In this document: positions 38,881 through 51,319 of the stretch, in pieces
Layout of the letters: each line of letters opens with the position of its first letter
Position numbering within the stretch: position 1 is the stretch's first letter
Assembly (NCBI GenBank): GCA_973851085.1
Contig: OZ316775.1
Coordinates: 14,260,001 to 14,324,000 of the forward strand
Length of the DNA stretch: 64,000 nucleotides
Source: Ptychomitrium polyphyllum
Taxonomy: Eukaryota
Direction: 5' to 3'
Notes under the pieces: model-generated
Seen by the model: the letters and a program-made list of their open reading frames with translations, nothing else
Told to the model about the DNA's origin: nothing
The model's database searches: none
Made by a program: the position numbers and the translations under genes

Positions 38881-39795
38881 ATCCTTTGCTCAAACAACCC
38901 ATGTTTGGGGGCTAAAATTTTGAGCTCCTTCCGTGAAGGTGTAAACCGGCCCTAAGGGGCTAACTTGTAGGCGAGGGGGTGAGGAGCCTATCCGCCACGT
39001 AAGAGCACCGTCAGCATGAATGCCGCGCCAGAGTCCAGTCAGCATAGCCCGAAAGAAACGCCGTGGCAGGAGGCTGGACGACAAATCCTCATGCCGCTGT
39101 CGAAAGCGTCACAGATCAGCACACGTAGGACACCGGAACTTACTAGTAAGCGGCGAGATTCGTAAGTTATGCAACAAGCACAACGTTGCCGTGTGAGTTC
39201 GCAGTTGCTGTGGGGATCAGTGGTGTGGGATGTGGCTATGGTGTTTGCTGCCCTTTCATTGCCACCACGTCGCTGGATGTACCGTGGATTGTCATGTGAA
39301 GCGGGAGAGTGACGCCGTTGCTGGCAGAGTACTTTGTCAATCTCATCAGCCTCCCTTGAACTCATGTGGACTTGCAGGAGCAACTGAGCTATGATGTCTT
39401 CAGGATGTTCTGGTATGTCATGGGTGGTTAGGTCCAAATGATCAATGCTGGCGCTACTGCAGATGCCGAGAATTTTGACGTGACCTGCTTAGGTTTTGTG
39501 GTTCTTTGAAATCTGGACTATCTAGGCGTTGGAATCCTGTGTGATTGAGAGTTTTGAGTGTATGATTTTGGATGGCATCTGGATTCCGCACTGCTGGGAA
39601 ACGTATGTTTTCGACGTCGCGCAAGGGAGCCATCCCCTGCCACACCTATCCCTCTGTGGTTGAGTCAAGGTTTTGATACTACAGAGACAAGTGGAGGTGG
39701 AGTATCACTACGCTGTGGTGGAAGCCTGTTTGTTTTGGGCTTTGTGGAAGTGGGCACTGGGAGGTCGTTGGTGGGAGACGAGGCTCGGAAGTACC

Positions 39796-42700
39796 ATGGC
39801 CGCAATCAGATCCACATCGCTTAAAACGCCTGCCTGTCGATGCTGGCTCTCGACCACCTTGAATCGGCTTCATGTCCGCCTTGTATGTCATTCTACCCTA
39901 AATTCTTTCGGCGATGTTAAGGAACTCCGCTTTCTTGAGTTTGAAAGGGTAATCTCTTGTCTTTGGATATCCTATGTGTCAAAATAGTGCTGATCGTTTA
40001 GGTTCGATTTCTGTTGACGGGTGCACAAATGAACTGTGATGACCATGTTGTCGAATCATGTATTTTGTGGACCTCTTGGTTCTCTTCTAGGGTTAGTCAG
40101 ACTGTTGAGTTGACAGGTTAATGCTGGCAATCGTATGGTTCGTTTTGATTCCTCGTTGCTCATCTTGATTCCCACTCGAAAGGTTTTGCTGGATAGTTTT
40201 ATAGCTGTCGATCTAGAGCTTAACTCGTTGTTTCTTTTGTGATATGAAGGCCAGCTCTTTGGTGGTCACGGAGCACGATGGAGGCAAACTGAAAGATTCA
40301 TCCCTCAGCGCGATTGCAGCCGCGGGAGGGTTGGGAGAGAGCAGCACAGTATCAGTTCTTCTTGGTGGTACGGGACCTGCGCTTCAACAAGCTGCTTCTC
40401 ATGCATCTAAGGCCCACCCATCTATCACTAAGGTACAAAAACATTGGACGATTTTCATTACATTCAGATGATGTGGTTTTTGTTGCCAAGAACTTTCATA
40501 CGTTTCTGTCGTCTTGATTGGTCATAGTTTCTTCTAGAGTTACAATTTGAGTTACTTGGCTATAGTGGAGCGAGGACTTCTTACTGAAACCGCGACTTTG
40601 TGCAGGTTCTAGTGGCCGATTTTCAACAACTTGAGCATGACTTGGCGGAACCTTGGGCAGAAGTTATAGTAACAGCTGCTCGAAGTGACAAGTATTCACA
40701 CATTGTTACGGCATCGACATCTTTTGGGAAAAATGTTTTACCGCGGGCGGCTGCCTTGTTAGATGTTTCTCCTCTCTCTGACGTGACAAGTATTATTGAT
40801 GAGCGCACTTTCGTCAGGTTTGTTTCTCGTTGGATGCAGTCATGGTGATGGAAGATTAGGGGCTTATTGTTGTAGATTAATTGGGTCTTATTATTTTCGT
40901 TTCTATTGTGTGCAACCAATCTCAAATTAGTAACAACCAAGAAGCTGCTAAAATTTCTGTAGTACTAGGACTTGAGGTGTCATGAACCAGTATGCCTCTT
41001 TCTCTGTTTAATTGAACTCATTCTTGACTTATGCCAGGCCCATATACGCAGGGAATGCAATGAGTACTGTTCGATATGTGGGATCCGGTCCGTGCATGTT
41101 CTCAGTTCGCCCAACATCGTTTGCTGTGTCAAACGACTTGCAACGTGAAGCAGATGCTCCCATATCACCTTTAGACACATCAAGTTTGAATGAAGGTACG
41201 GCTTGTAGTTTTCCTGTCTACCCTCTTGTGGGTCATGGCATTATGCAACCTTTAGAGAAACATAGGGTGGTCGATATGGCTCACAGGAAGTCTCTCTTGT
41301 TGAATGCCGTAATAGCGAAGTGTGAGTTCGTCAGCAAGGACCTAAAGGGCTTACAATCAATATGTGAACAAGAGATAATGATATTTTAGCCATGAATGTT
41401 TCGAGGAGCCTTCTTTCAGTTGGAGATAGGATATTGTATACTTCTACTCTTTTTGAATGTGCCGAATTTTTTGTAATCTGCATGTCTCGCTTGTTACTGG
41501 ATTGTTTTCTGGTTTTGCATAACGAAGTATCATAATTAGTGAACATGTTAGGGTAGTTCTGGGAAGGTGCTGATTGAGCTCTTAAAATCTTTCAGATGTT
41601 ATTGGAAGGTCTGAGTGGTTGGGACAGCAAGTCCAGGAATCTGAACGGCCTGAACTGGGAAGTGCACGAGTTGTTGTCTCTGGGGGCAGGGGCCTCAAAA
41701 ACAAGGAGAACTTTAAAATGCTTGAGAAGCTTGCAGATAAACTTGGTGGTGCTGGTGAGCTTTGTCTACTTTCTCTTTCTCATCTCTCTCTATCTATACT
41801 TTTTAAGCCACACGTAGAAGCCTCTGTTTATGTTCATGTCACATTGAGAATCAATTTAATAGAGTACGCAATGAGTATAGTTGTAAGTACTCTGACTCAT
41901 TCCCTTTCTTTTAGAGAACTTGCAGAGAACATCTAATCTAAACTATTTTGTATAGTAGGGGTTGTTGAAAACGGTTCCCTTTACAGAAGAAGTGTGTTTT
42001 GAAAGCCTCAAATTTTGTAAACTAGATTCGCATGGCTTTATGGACCCGCCTATGACCCCGTTATCCAAATGATGCGTGACATTTGAGCAGCAGAAGAATG
42101 AAACATTGGCCTCCTCTAAACCATCTAACTCATTGTGTTCACGATTGGTCCCTGTGTGATTCAGTTGGGGCTTCAAGAGCAGCAGTAGATGGAGGATATG
42201 TGCCTAATGACATGCAGGTGAGTGCTTTCTACTGAATGCTCTAAATTGGATTCTTTCCTTTAAAATGAGAGACTTTATGTATTGAATACAATGGAGACTG
42301 ACGTCAATCTCGACTGCAAGTATGCCCCTGTTTTTTCTTTGTAATTAATTGAATTTTTCTTAACCTGCTCAAGTCATGGTGAGGAAATTGTGCTTTGAAA
42401 GGTCTTTACAGGTGCAGTCAAAGTCTCTACATAGCCCAGAACTTGATCCTTGTACCTGTGCTTCATGGCCTTGGAATGCAGGTTGGTCAAACTGGCAAAA
42501 TAGTTGCTCCAGAGTTGTATATTGCAGTAGGGATATCAGGTGCAATTCAACACCTTGCAGGCATGAAGGACTCCAAGGTTATTGTTGCCATCAACAAGGA
42601 TCCTGATTCAGCCATCTTTCAGGTACTGCTCTCTGTGTGGCACTGAAACAATAGCATAGGAACCTAGCCTGCAAGCTGTTATGTTATCAGCGTTCGCTGT

Positions 42701-42865
42701 AGGCTTCATTTTCTTCTTGACATAACCATATCTAACTTCTTGTACGAGCTTCTGATGCTATGTGTGCTGAAACAGGTTGCCGATTATGGACTTGTAGGTG
42801 ATCTGTTCCAGGTCATTCCTGAGCTCATTGAAAAACTCCCTGAGAAGGAGAAAATCAGTTCTTAA
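39796..42865 (+). CDS. ETFA: Mitochondrial electron transfer flavoprotein alpha; exons 39796-39882, 40250-40432, 40606-40817, 41038-41195, 41596-41754, 42165-42217, 42482-42622, 42776-42865
   Basis: Motifs [84 protein letters not shown] and [10 protein letters not shown]; consistent splice phases. Confidence 0.96.
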
Positions 42866-43952
42866 GTACAATAGCTCGAAGTAGAAGTTTCAAGCGTTCA
42901 TGGGCAGAAACAACAGATACCACCTCTTCAAAGTAATGTTTATATTCATTGTACAAAATATTGAATACTATCTTCTGCCTCCACAATCCGTACCAATTCA
43001 ACACTTTCATAAACTGCTATCACCTAGGCTGTACATTCGTAACAAGAAGGTTGTACTAAGAGTGAAGTACCGTAACGCCCATGGGTGTCACTTTACCGGG
43101 GTTGTGAAACCTTCAGAATTATCTTTTGAGGACTACTTTGAAAATCTCAAACCTATCTGGCAAGACAATCCAAGGTTCATGAAATACTGATTGATTTTGG
43201 AAAATTAACCTATAATACTTGGTTTTTCAAAACCAATCAACCATATAGCTAATTTATTTCATAATTTTAGCAAAGGTACGTTGGTGACTGGTTGAGCTGG
43301 ATGATTATGTTATGACTTGCCTAAGGAGTTAGTAACAACTCGTAATCAAGATTATGATTGGCCAGTAGGGAGCTTAACTTTTTGTTAGTGCAAATTTTTT
43401 GGAGAGTTTTGAAAATTTGTGGCTAGAGCTTTTGCATAATTTTCCAGATCTTGACATGCTTCGAAGGTTCTGCAGTTTTAATATATCTACTGCCACCAAC
43501 TACAAACGTACCTGGACTTTGTAGGCTTGCAAGTTAGGTGACCTAGCAACCACAATGCCTCTTCCAAAGTGCTGGTAGAATTCCCTCTGTGACGCAACTA
43601 ATATCCTAGGAATTCATCTTCTCATTCTGTGTGGGACAAAAGAAGCTAGATTCCCAAACTTTGAGTCGTGGTGAAAGCGTGATTGGCGACCAACGTCCTT
43701 TTTAAAGAAGTGCAAGACGGCGAGCATCTGACAAACACCAACAATACCCAACTTATCGTCCTGTGCATGATCCAGATCATCAGGTTCATCACTACAGTGC
43801 AATTCAAAGCACGGTTCCCCCTTCCAAAGCTCTTACTTGAGGCATTCTTCGTCGATCAGTAGCAGCACATTAAAGTTCCGGTCGGCCACTTGTTGAATTG
43901 GTGAACCCTGTCTATGAGTTTGTGTGGAAGTTGAATTGCCTGATTTGCAGCG

Positions 43953-44903
43953 ATGGTGCACAGGTTCCAGGAGCTCGACAACTACGATGACTACGACCCC
44001 GTGCCATACCAGGGAGGTTACGATATTAATGCGGCGTATGGCGGCTTGAAGGCTGCTGATGAAGAATGCGCATACCGCCGTACTCAGTTCGAAGAACACG
44101 ACGGCGAGAGAGAGGGTGAGTACGGGAATGAGAACAACCCTTATGAGCGAGGCCCGCCTGGGCCGTCGATCTATGGGGACCGTCCAAAGCCGGGAGCTGT
44201 GTACGGAGGTGGACGTGACCGCACTCGGCCAAGTTACGACGATGCACAACTTGACGAGGGTGTAGAGACTGGCTATGGCCGCCGGAAGCCTGCTTACGAA
44301 GAACACCAATCAGGATACCGCAGGCCATTTTACAGCCAAGAGGAGGAATCGTCAGGATACAGCAAGCCGAGACCAAGCTATGGCTATGGCGACGAGGAAG
44401 AGTCAGGATATCGCAAGCCAGTACCACACGGTTATGGCGAAGAAGAGGAATCTGGATACCGCAAGTCGAGACCCACTTACGGTAAAGAAGATACAGAAGA
44501 GTCAGGATATGGAAAGCCATCGTACGGCTATGGCGAAGAAGAATCGGGATACCGTAAGCCATACAACTACAGCGAGGAAGAAGACTCAGGTTACCGTAAA
44601 CCTCGACCTACTTATGGCGAGGAAGAAATGTATGGTCGCACTCGATACAGTCGGGAGGAAGAAAGCTCTGAGGTGCGGTCCAGTTATGGTCAGACGACAT
44701 ACGGCGAGGAAGAGGGAAATTATGGTGGCCATGGTCGCAGGAAGTACGGCGAGGAGGCCTCTGAAGGGAGTGACTATGGTGGTGGTTATGGCGGGCGTCG
44801 CAAGCATCAAGACGACGATGATGCGGCGCGTTTCGGTGGCGGCAGCGTGTACACGGAGGAGCCACTTCAAGAGGAAGCTCCGGCCAGGCGATCCTGGTGG
44901 TGA
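43953..44903 (+). CDS. At5g39570/PLDrp1-like acidic Gly/Tyr/Glu-rich repeat protein
   Basis: N-terminal YDDYDPVPYQGGYDINAAYG motif and tandem EEESGYRKPxYG repeats characteristic of this family; 316-aa intronless ORF. Confidence 0.8.
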   Translation: MVHRFQELDNYDDYDPVPYQGGYDINAAYGGLKAADEECAYRRTQFEEHDGEREGEYGNENNPYERGPPGPSIYGDRPKPGAVYGGGRDRTRPSYDDAQLDEGVETGYGRRKPAYEEHQSGYRRPFYSQEEESSGYSKPRPSYGYGDEEESGYRKPVPHGYGEEEESGYRKSRPTYGKEDTEESGYGKPSYGYGEEESGYRKPYNYSEEEDSGYRKPRPTYGEEEMYGRTRYSREEESSEVRSSYGQTTYGEEEGNYGGHGRRKYGEEASEGSDYGGGYGGRRKHQDDDDAARFGGGSVYTEEPLQEEAPARRSWW

Positions 44904-46869
44904 TCGTTCCATGCTTCTCACTACAATTTGATCTTCCTTGGGATGCATGCTCTGTGCCTAGCAGTGGCATTTTCGGAAGGTTTTGTGCCCAGCGACTCAC
45001 GTCGATCTATGTGACTCCGGCGAACATTTGTCTTGAGAACGTGAAGCACTATTCTTCTGCAGTGAATCCATATGAGCTAAGTAGTCTCTCTGCAGATATT
45101 AATCTTGTTTGCTTTGTGGATATTCGATAATAGAAAATGATTGTGCTTCCTATAGAATCGACGGAGTCTTGTGTCCTGCTTGCTCTCGATGTGTACATGG
45201 TTCTTTTATCAACTGTACTTGGATTTGAGAGCATTAGAAGTTGCTGATAGGGGTTGATCAGGGTAGTGGATGCTGAGATAGCGAACATTTGGTATGGAGT
45301 GCTTGTTTCAGAGTTGAGGTGCAGCTGTGTTTCTCAATCATCTCATGGTATGTGAATGAACGAAAAACAATTGTCTTTATGTGATGGTATCATGCACTGT
45401 TGCGACTTGCTTAGTGCTAGTGTTGTAAGTATGCACTGCTATTCTAGCCTCTGGACTTGGAATTTGCTGAAGGTGAGGTGGAATCGCTAAATCTGCTCCA
45501 GTACTGGATTCAGGTCCTTATTTATTTGTGGTGAATATTGTCAATTAGTCATTGAACGTTGGGTCTGTTTGGGATGTAGGATTAGGAGGGATGGAGACTC
45601 AAGCAATCACCTGCCAGCATTCTGGATGTGATGTACATGCATGAGTTGTTTAGAATGAGCTGGGAATTTTGAGTTGTCCAGAGGGTTTAGTTCGTGTACA
45701 ATGAAGTCACAATTAGTCACAATGAAGCGTCTGTTCTGGAGAGTTTAGCTCTTGTATACATTTACTGATCGAGTGCTATTCTTCTTGCCCGTGCCGAATT
45801 TTTGTGTGCAAGCAACTTGGACTTCGAAGAACAACGTTATTACATTTTCACGCGTATAATCAATATTTCGTTTATGGCTCTGCAGATACTAGAGGTTGGA
45901 TTTGTATTCATAATGCTATGCAATTGCTTTGAACAAACATGTATTAAATGATGCACTGTAATGTGTACTGTGCAGTACTATTCTTTGCAAATGTAGGGGC
46001 GAATATGGCAAGGTCGTGAGCTACACTTTCTTTGCATCCAGTGTGAAGTCAGCTTATGAAGAGTTCCAAGCTGTCACCATGTTGACAGCTTTAGCAGTCA
46101 AATCTTCCTATGATGGGAGCTGATAACAACCAAAGTATTTAATTTGGATTTTTCAAGGAAGACTAAGTTTCTTTCCTGTGCAGGTTAACCTCAATAAACA
46201 GCGTAACCTCAATGCTATGATACTCATTCCAAACAACATAATGTGAGTAGGAGTCTTTAATTATGGAATAGTACCGAAGCCTCTCTTCCAATATTGGTTG
46301 CCATTTCTATACAAATAATCTAATAATCTCCATCATATGTTTGCATAGAAAAACAAGTCTTGAGGAGCGCTGGCAATGTGAATCCATCTTCATTGTGACT
46401 TTTCAAAAGCTATGTGTTTCTTGGCCTGTGAACTACTATAATACATCTTATTACCAAAATGTCAATAAATTATGTCACCATATGATCCAATTCAATTGCC
46501 ATTACTTTGAAATATCTCAAAACTAATAGTCATAAAATTTTCTAAGCCTTTGAAATGGAACCATAAAACAAAATTGTTTGCTTACACTACTTTTCCACCA
46601 AAATTGCTCTTCTTAGAACCGTGTGAATCACTAATATTAGGTGCAAACTTTAGCCAATTAGAAACATAGTCTTTGGTGGATGTGCACAGTGAACAGCGTT
46701 TCGAACTGATCGAGTCTGTCCTTTTGCAACTCAGTTAGCACGGAGGTAAAAGCTTTTGAGTGGATTTGGGAGGGCGACCAACATTGTCCGTGCATTGTAC
46801 CAGACAGGATCCTGGAAGGCTACAGTACTCGGGCAACACTGGGTAGCTCTCAGGTCTAGCCAATACATG

Positions 46870-46877
46870 TATATAAA
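46870..46877 (+). promoter_or_regulatory. Putative TATA box of the germin-like gene
   Basis: TATATAAA about 200 nt upstream of ATG 47079, followed by a pyrimidine-rich initiator-like region. Confidence 0.45.
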
Positions 46878-47078
46878 ATTACCACTCCAGCATCCATCCA
46901 TCACTCACTTCAGTACTACTCTCTAGCTGCACCCATTTGCTGAGCCGAAATCTCACAGCTTGAGCTGCAGTTGTTGCTCATCCAATACTTGCGATCAAGT
47001 GCTCATTGAATTGCAGAATCGGCCTCTTGCTCCCCGTTCTTCTGTGAGGCAAGGACTCCTATTGAAGCTGCAGCTGAA

Positions 47079-47711
47079 ATGGAGAATTCCACGATTGCCA
47101 CTTGGTTGAGGCTCCTCTGCGTCGCATTCTGTGCCGTGGCCTCCTTCATAAGCGTTGTTCATGCCGCTGACCCCGACCCATTGGCGGATTTCTGTGTGGC
47201 TGATCTGGGGGCCTGCAAATCATGTCACTGCTATTGGTGGCGTGATTCCCCTATACACCCACCCCCGCGCAGCCGAGACGCTCTTTGTGCTCAGGACCAC
47301 CATCTACACGGGCTTTAATAGCGATGGCAACGTCTTTTATGCCTCCACCTTGAGGCAGGGCGACGTGATCCTCTTCTCCAAAGGACTCCAGCACTTCCAG
47401 TTGAATGTGGGCAAGGAGACCGCCATCACCTTCAATACCCTGACCTCCCAGAGCCCCCGATTTCTCATAACCGCCCAGCAGGTTAAGGTTGATTTCTTGA
47501 ACTTATTCCGTTTTCGTCTTTAGCTTTTGTCATTTTTGAGAGACATCTGTTTTTCCTCAAAAGCTATGTTAGATCAATTATTGGCCTATTGCGTTGTGCC
47601 ATGACTCAGATCTTTGAGCCAAACATCACCAGTGCGGTCATTGAGAAGTCCTTCGACATCGACGCAGCCATGGTGAAGAGGCTGAAGGCTTCCTATCCTG
47701 GTCATTCTTGA
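47079..47711 (+). pseudogene. Germin-like protein pseudogene (internal deletion and frameshift near 47210; last exon 47610-47711)
   Basis: Signal peptide and ADPDPLADFCVADL (box A), then in another frame GGVIPLYTHPRAAE (box B, first His replaced by Tyr) and FSKGLQHFQLNVG (box C). The segment between boxes A and B is missing. Confidence 0.85.
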
Positions 47712-48736
47712 GCTTACAGTTTCAACTTCCCAAACAATCTGGTCATCTGAACATATCTCAGCTCGATTTGCACCGCCAATTTTTATTTCTGGTTTTGCTT
47801 CGATTCGGTACAGGAATACACATCGTGATTTGAATTTCTCAAGTAGCCCAACAAACTGCTTGGAATCCGGGTCAGACAGCCAGATAGGAAGCTCAGAAGA
47901 AGTTACATGTATTCTTGATTGACTTTGAGTGCACCCGTGAACAATGCACACATCAGTAAATTGCTCTTCCTTTGCACCGCAGAATAGTGAATTATAAAAG
48001 TTATGTAAATTAGTTCAGCATTTACCTTATTAAATACGCAGGGAGACTTGGTTGTTCTGCAGGCAGTTGAAATAGCCAGAAGGCCATTGCTTTGCAGGAA
48101 GAGATGAAGAAATGGCCAACGTTTGGACAGTAACACTTGGTCAATTCAACTGTGGTCCCTGATGATGATGTTATGCAATAGTCAATTTGGTCAATAATTT
48201 ACAGCTCCAACCTTGAGCAACTCCGATTGATAACGATTATTGGGAAATATCGACAGATGAGGTATTTCATCTATGACAAGGTGCATGGACAGAATTAGAT
48301 CTACTCGATCACAGACGCTGCTTTTCTCTCAGAGTCTGCAAGTCACTTAGGAGATATGGAAATTTTAAATCTTTTCAGACCTTTACTCAAAGTAACAGAA
48401 TCTTTGCATGTTTGGCTACTACATCAGTCATATACAGTTTATTTAGAACTATGCACGCTTAATAGGCTCCAACCTCAAAAGAGATGGAATTCTATCTCCA
48501 TTTTGCACGGAAATTATGTACGGTTACTATCGATCACTAGAGCTAGTTCACAAGACAAAAAGAAGAAACTTTTAAAGTCATGTATGAAATCGAATATAAA
48601 GCACTAACCTTGCACCGATCACTACCAAACTTGTCTTCATAGCCGTTCAGTTCACAATTTCTTGGCACCAAGAGCTGCACATGATTCCACTCGTCCAGTG
48701 ATCGAAACCGCACAGTTGGCTTCTGCTTCTGCAACA

Positions 48737-48962
48737 ATGGTGAGTTTCACAAGTATCGCATACTGCATGAGGATGCCATTCGTAGCATTTTGTGCAGCGG
48801 CCTTCTTAAGCGTCGCTGTCCATGCTGCCGACCCCGACCTATTGCAAGACTTCTGCATGGTGGATCTGTCACCGTATGCGGCCGCTGTGAGTGGATTCCT
48901 ATGCATACCCGGCAGTGCTGTCACTGCTGAAGACTTCGTGTTCGGAGGCTTTCGAGACCCTG
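48737..48962 (+). pseudogene. Germin-like protein, orphan first exon
   Basis: Signal peptide and ADPDLLQDFCMVDL...SGFLC...VTAEDFVFGGFRDPG followed by a GTAAGT donor; no box B/C exon found downstream. Confidence 0.75.
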
Positions 48963-51319
48963 GTAAGTTATTCCTCTCAACCATTCAGCATCACTGGCGG
49001 GATCGCATCACGTATTTCTAATAGGAATTTGTTGCAGGTTAGATATAAAGTTGCACTTACTATTGCGACCTAGAGAATGTATTGAGCATCTAATCAAATC
49101 AGAAATTTGCTCCAGTTAGACTAGAGTTAGACAGAGCATCGTTATAGAATGGAAGCCACTTTGGCTTGTCAGTGGGTATGATCAGCTGGCACCCATCTGT
49201 TATAGGATAAATCAATTACAGGCTCCAAGTTCAGAACTTTAGTACAGATTTGAATCTTACATAGTACCTCGTACCTTGTGAGATAGGTTGAGAGGATTTA
49301 GCGGCATGCTGTTACAAATTTTTCGATTCAGATTTTTCCAAGCGCTCGAATGATTGATATCCTAACCTTGACAAAGATTCTGCTCATCAGCAATTTGTAC
49401 TTCAAATTTCGATAATTTTGATCCGGAACCATTGACATAGTTCGTTCTTCGGAGATGTAGGGTTTCAGTAAACTAAAATCCTATCTAAGAGATGAAGGGC
49501 ATGTGCCCATATATGCTCAGCATTTTGTCAAGAAGATTCTCTGCGCCTGTTTCTTCAATTTGTCTTAAGCCTTGATACTGCATGATCTGGAGAAACCTAA
49601 AATCCTTCTAAGCCCTTGAGTCGAATCAACAGCACTTAAGGTGGCATATAGCTGTTAATTGTATGCCCTAAGATTGTCAACCATCGTACATTTACAAATT
49701 CTTTTCTGGTGGGCAAGGTCAATATCTTTGTGTTTACTTCAGTGAGTCAGAAAATAACAAGCGTGTGCCATCTCTTCCATATGAAATATAGTAGCAGTAG
49801 CCACACGGTAAACACTTGGAAATTCAAACCCTTTGAAATGAAACTATTGGAAGCTTAGAATCTAGACATAGTCCCGTACAAACGCGGTATCAAAGTGGGT
49901 TCTGGTGAAAGTAGTAAAGTTTCAAATCAGTTTGAAACCACTCAGGTTGAGCTAACGCAACATTGTTGTTCTCAATGCAATGAGTCAGCTTGTTTTGATG
50001 ACATAGTGTCGACATAATTACGCCACTTGTGAGTAAACCTGAGTACCGGAGACCAGCCAGCCCTGAGGGCCTGTGCTTTGCTTAAGCCTCCTTTACGAGG
50101 ATGAGCTCCCACGAGCCCACACTGGCTGCTCTGCTATGATAAATGGCTTCCGATTAATTTTTTTGGTTAGAGATATTAACCTGAAGGTATAAAATCTAGA
50201 ATCTTGCACTGCAGTTCAGAAGGTGTGTGTTCCTGGTATGACGCCATGGATGTGAAGACATGTGAACAGTGACCAGCAATCACCTACAAGCGCTGCAGGA
50301 CATGATGAATCAGGAATGTGTCACTTATTGGTGGTTGATTCGTCATCGTCGTGCATTCATGTGCACATTTGCTGTTTGTAGCAGATGCACCATCTCATGC
50401 AGTAATTTACTCAAATGAGTAACTTTACTACTCGAGACTAAATTTATAAATAAAAGCAAAATTACCGCACTATTTATCGCCACTGTTGCTCCAGGTTTTC
50501 AGAATTGATGAGAAATATGGATAGACTCATTCTCCGGCACAGGGCTCAGTCTTCGGCTACCATCGACATCGCTGGAGTAATTGAGGAGGACAGTGGCACG
50601 AGCATTGCGTGCGGCATACTTAAACCTCGAGACCCACGTTTGTGGAGTGGTGGCCGGTTACAACAATTCCGAGCTCTGTGATTTGTTTGCTTATCTGGCG
50701 CTTGAGAATTTGACTACAATTATGTCCAACTATGGGCCCTTGTACTATTTCTTACTGTTAATCTGGAGGCGAATTGTTCTTCAACAGACGTAGGAGAATC
50801 AATCAGAGAAACTGCTTGTCAACAGGTGATTTACAGAATTATTTCCACGTAATATTGAACAACATTGCCAGAACTAGACCCCGAGTCCAAATGAGATTAT
50901 GCAACATTGAGATCAACAGCAGATATTACAACCTATCTACTACAATTCATACATCAAGCAATGTTTAACTACTGCAATCACATGTAGGCTGAATTGCTGA
51001 GAAACCTAACCCAAACCTAATTTGAACACCTATTCAACAACATGGAGAAAAAATACTTCGTTGTGTTTCAATAAGACGGGCTCAAAAATTTAATTGTGAT
51101 GTATAAGAACAATTACCTACGGCTCATGTCTTCGGGACCTCGTCATTCAACAATTACCTACGGCTCGATCCATTATGGAGTTTCTCAAAGAGAACTGGGA
51201 AGAATCACTCAAATTTTAGCAAACTAAACACCGTGAAACGTGACGATCTTCTTATAAGCTGGAAACATAGTCATTTTCCAAAAGATCACCTTCGATTGTA
51301 TGTACAGGAAGGTGCATCA

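Noticed and set aside
39039..39437. 132-aa minus-strand ORF upstream of ETFA
   Set aside because: Non-ATG start and no recognisable domain; lies in the promoter region and cannot be supported as coding
43833..45000. Long alternative-frame and antisense ORFs (120-218 aa)
   Set aside because: Shadows of the repetitive At5g39570-like coding sequence
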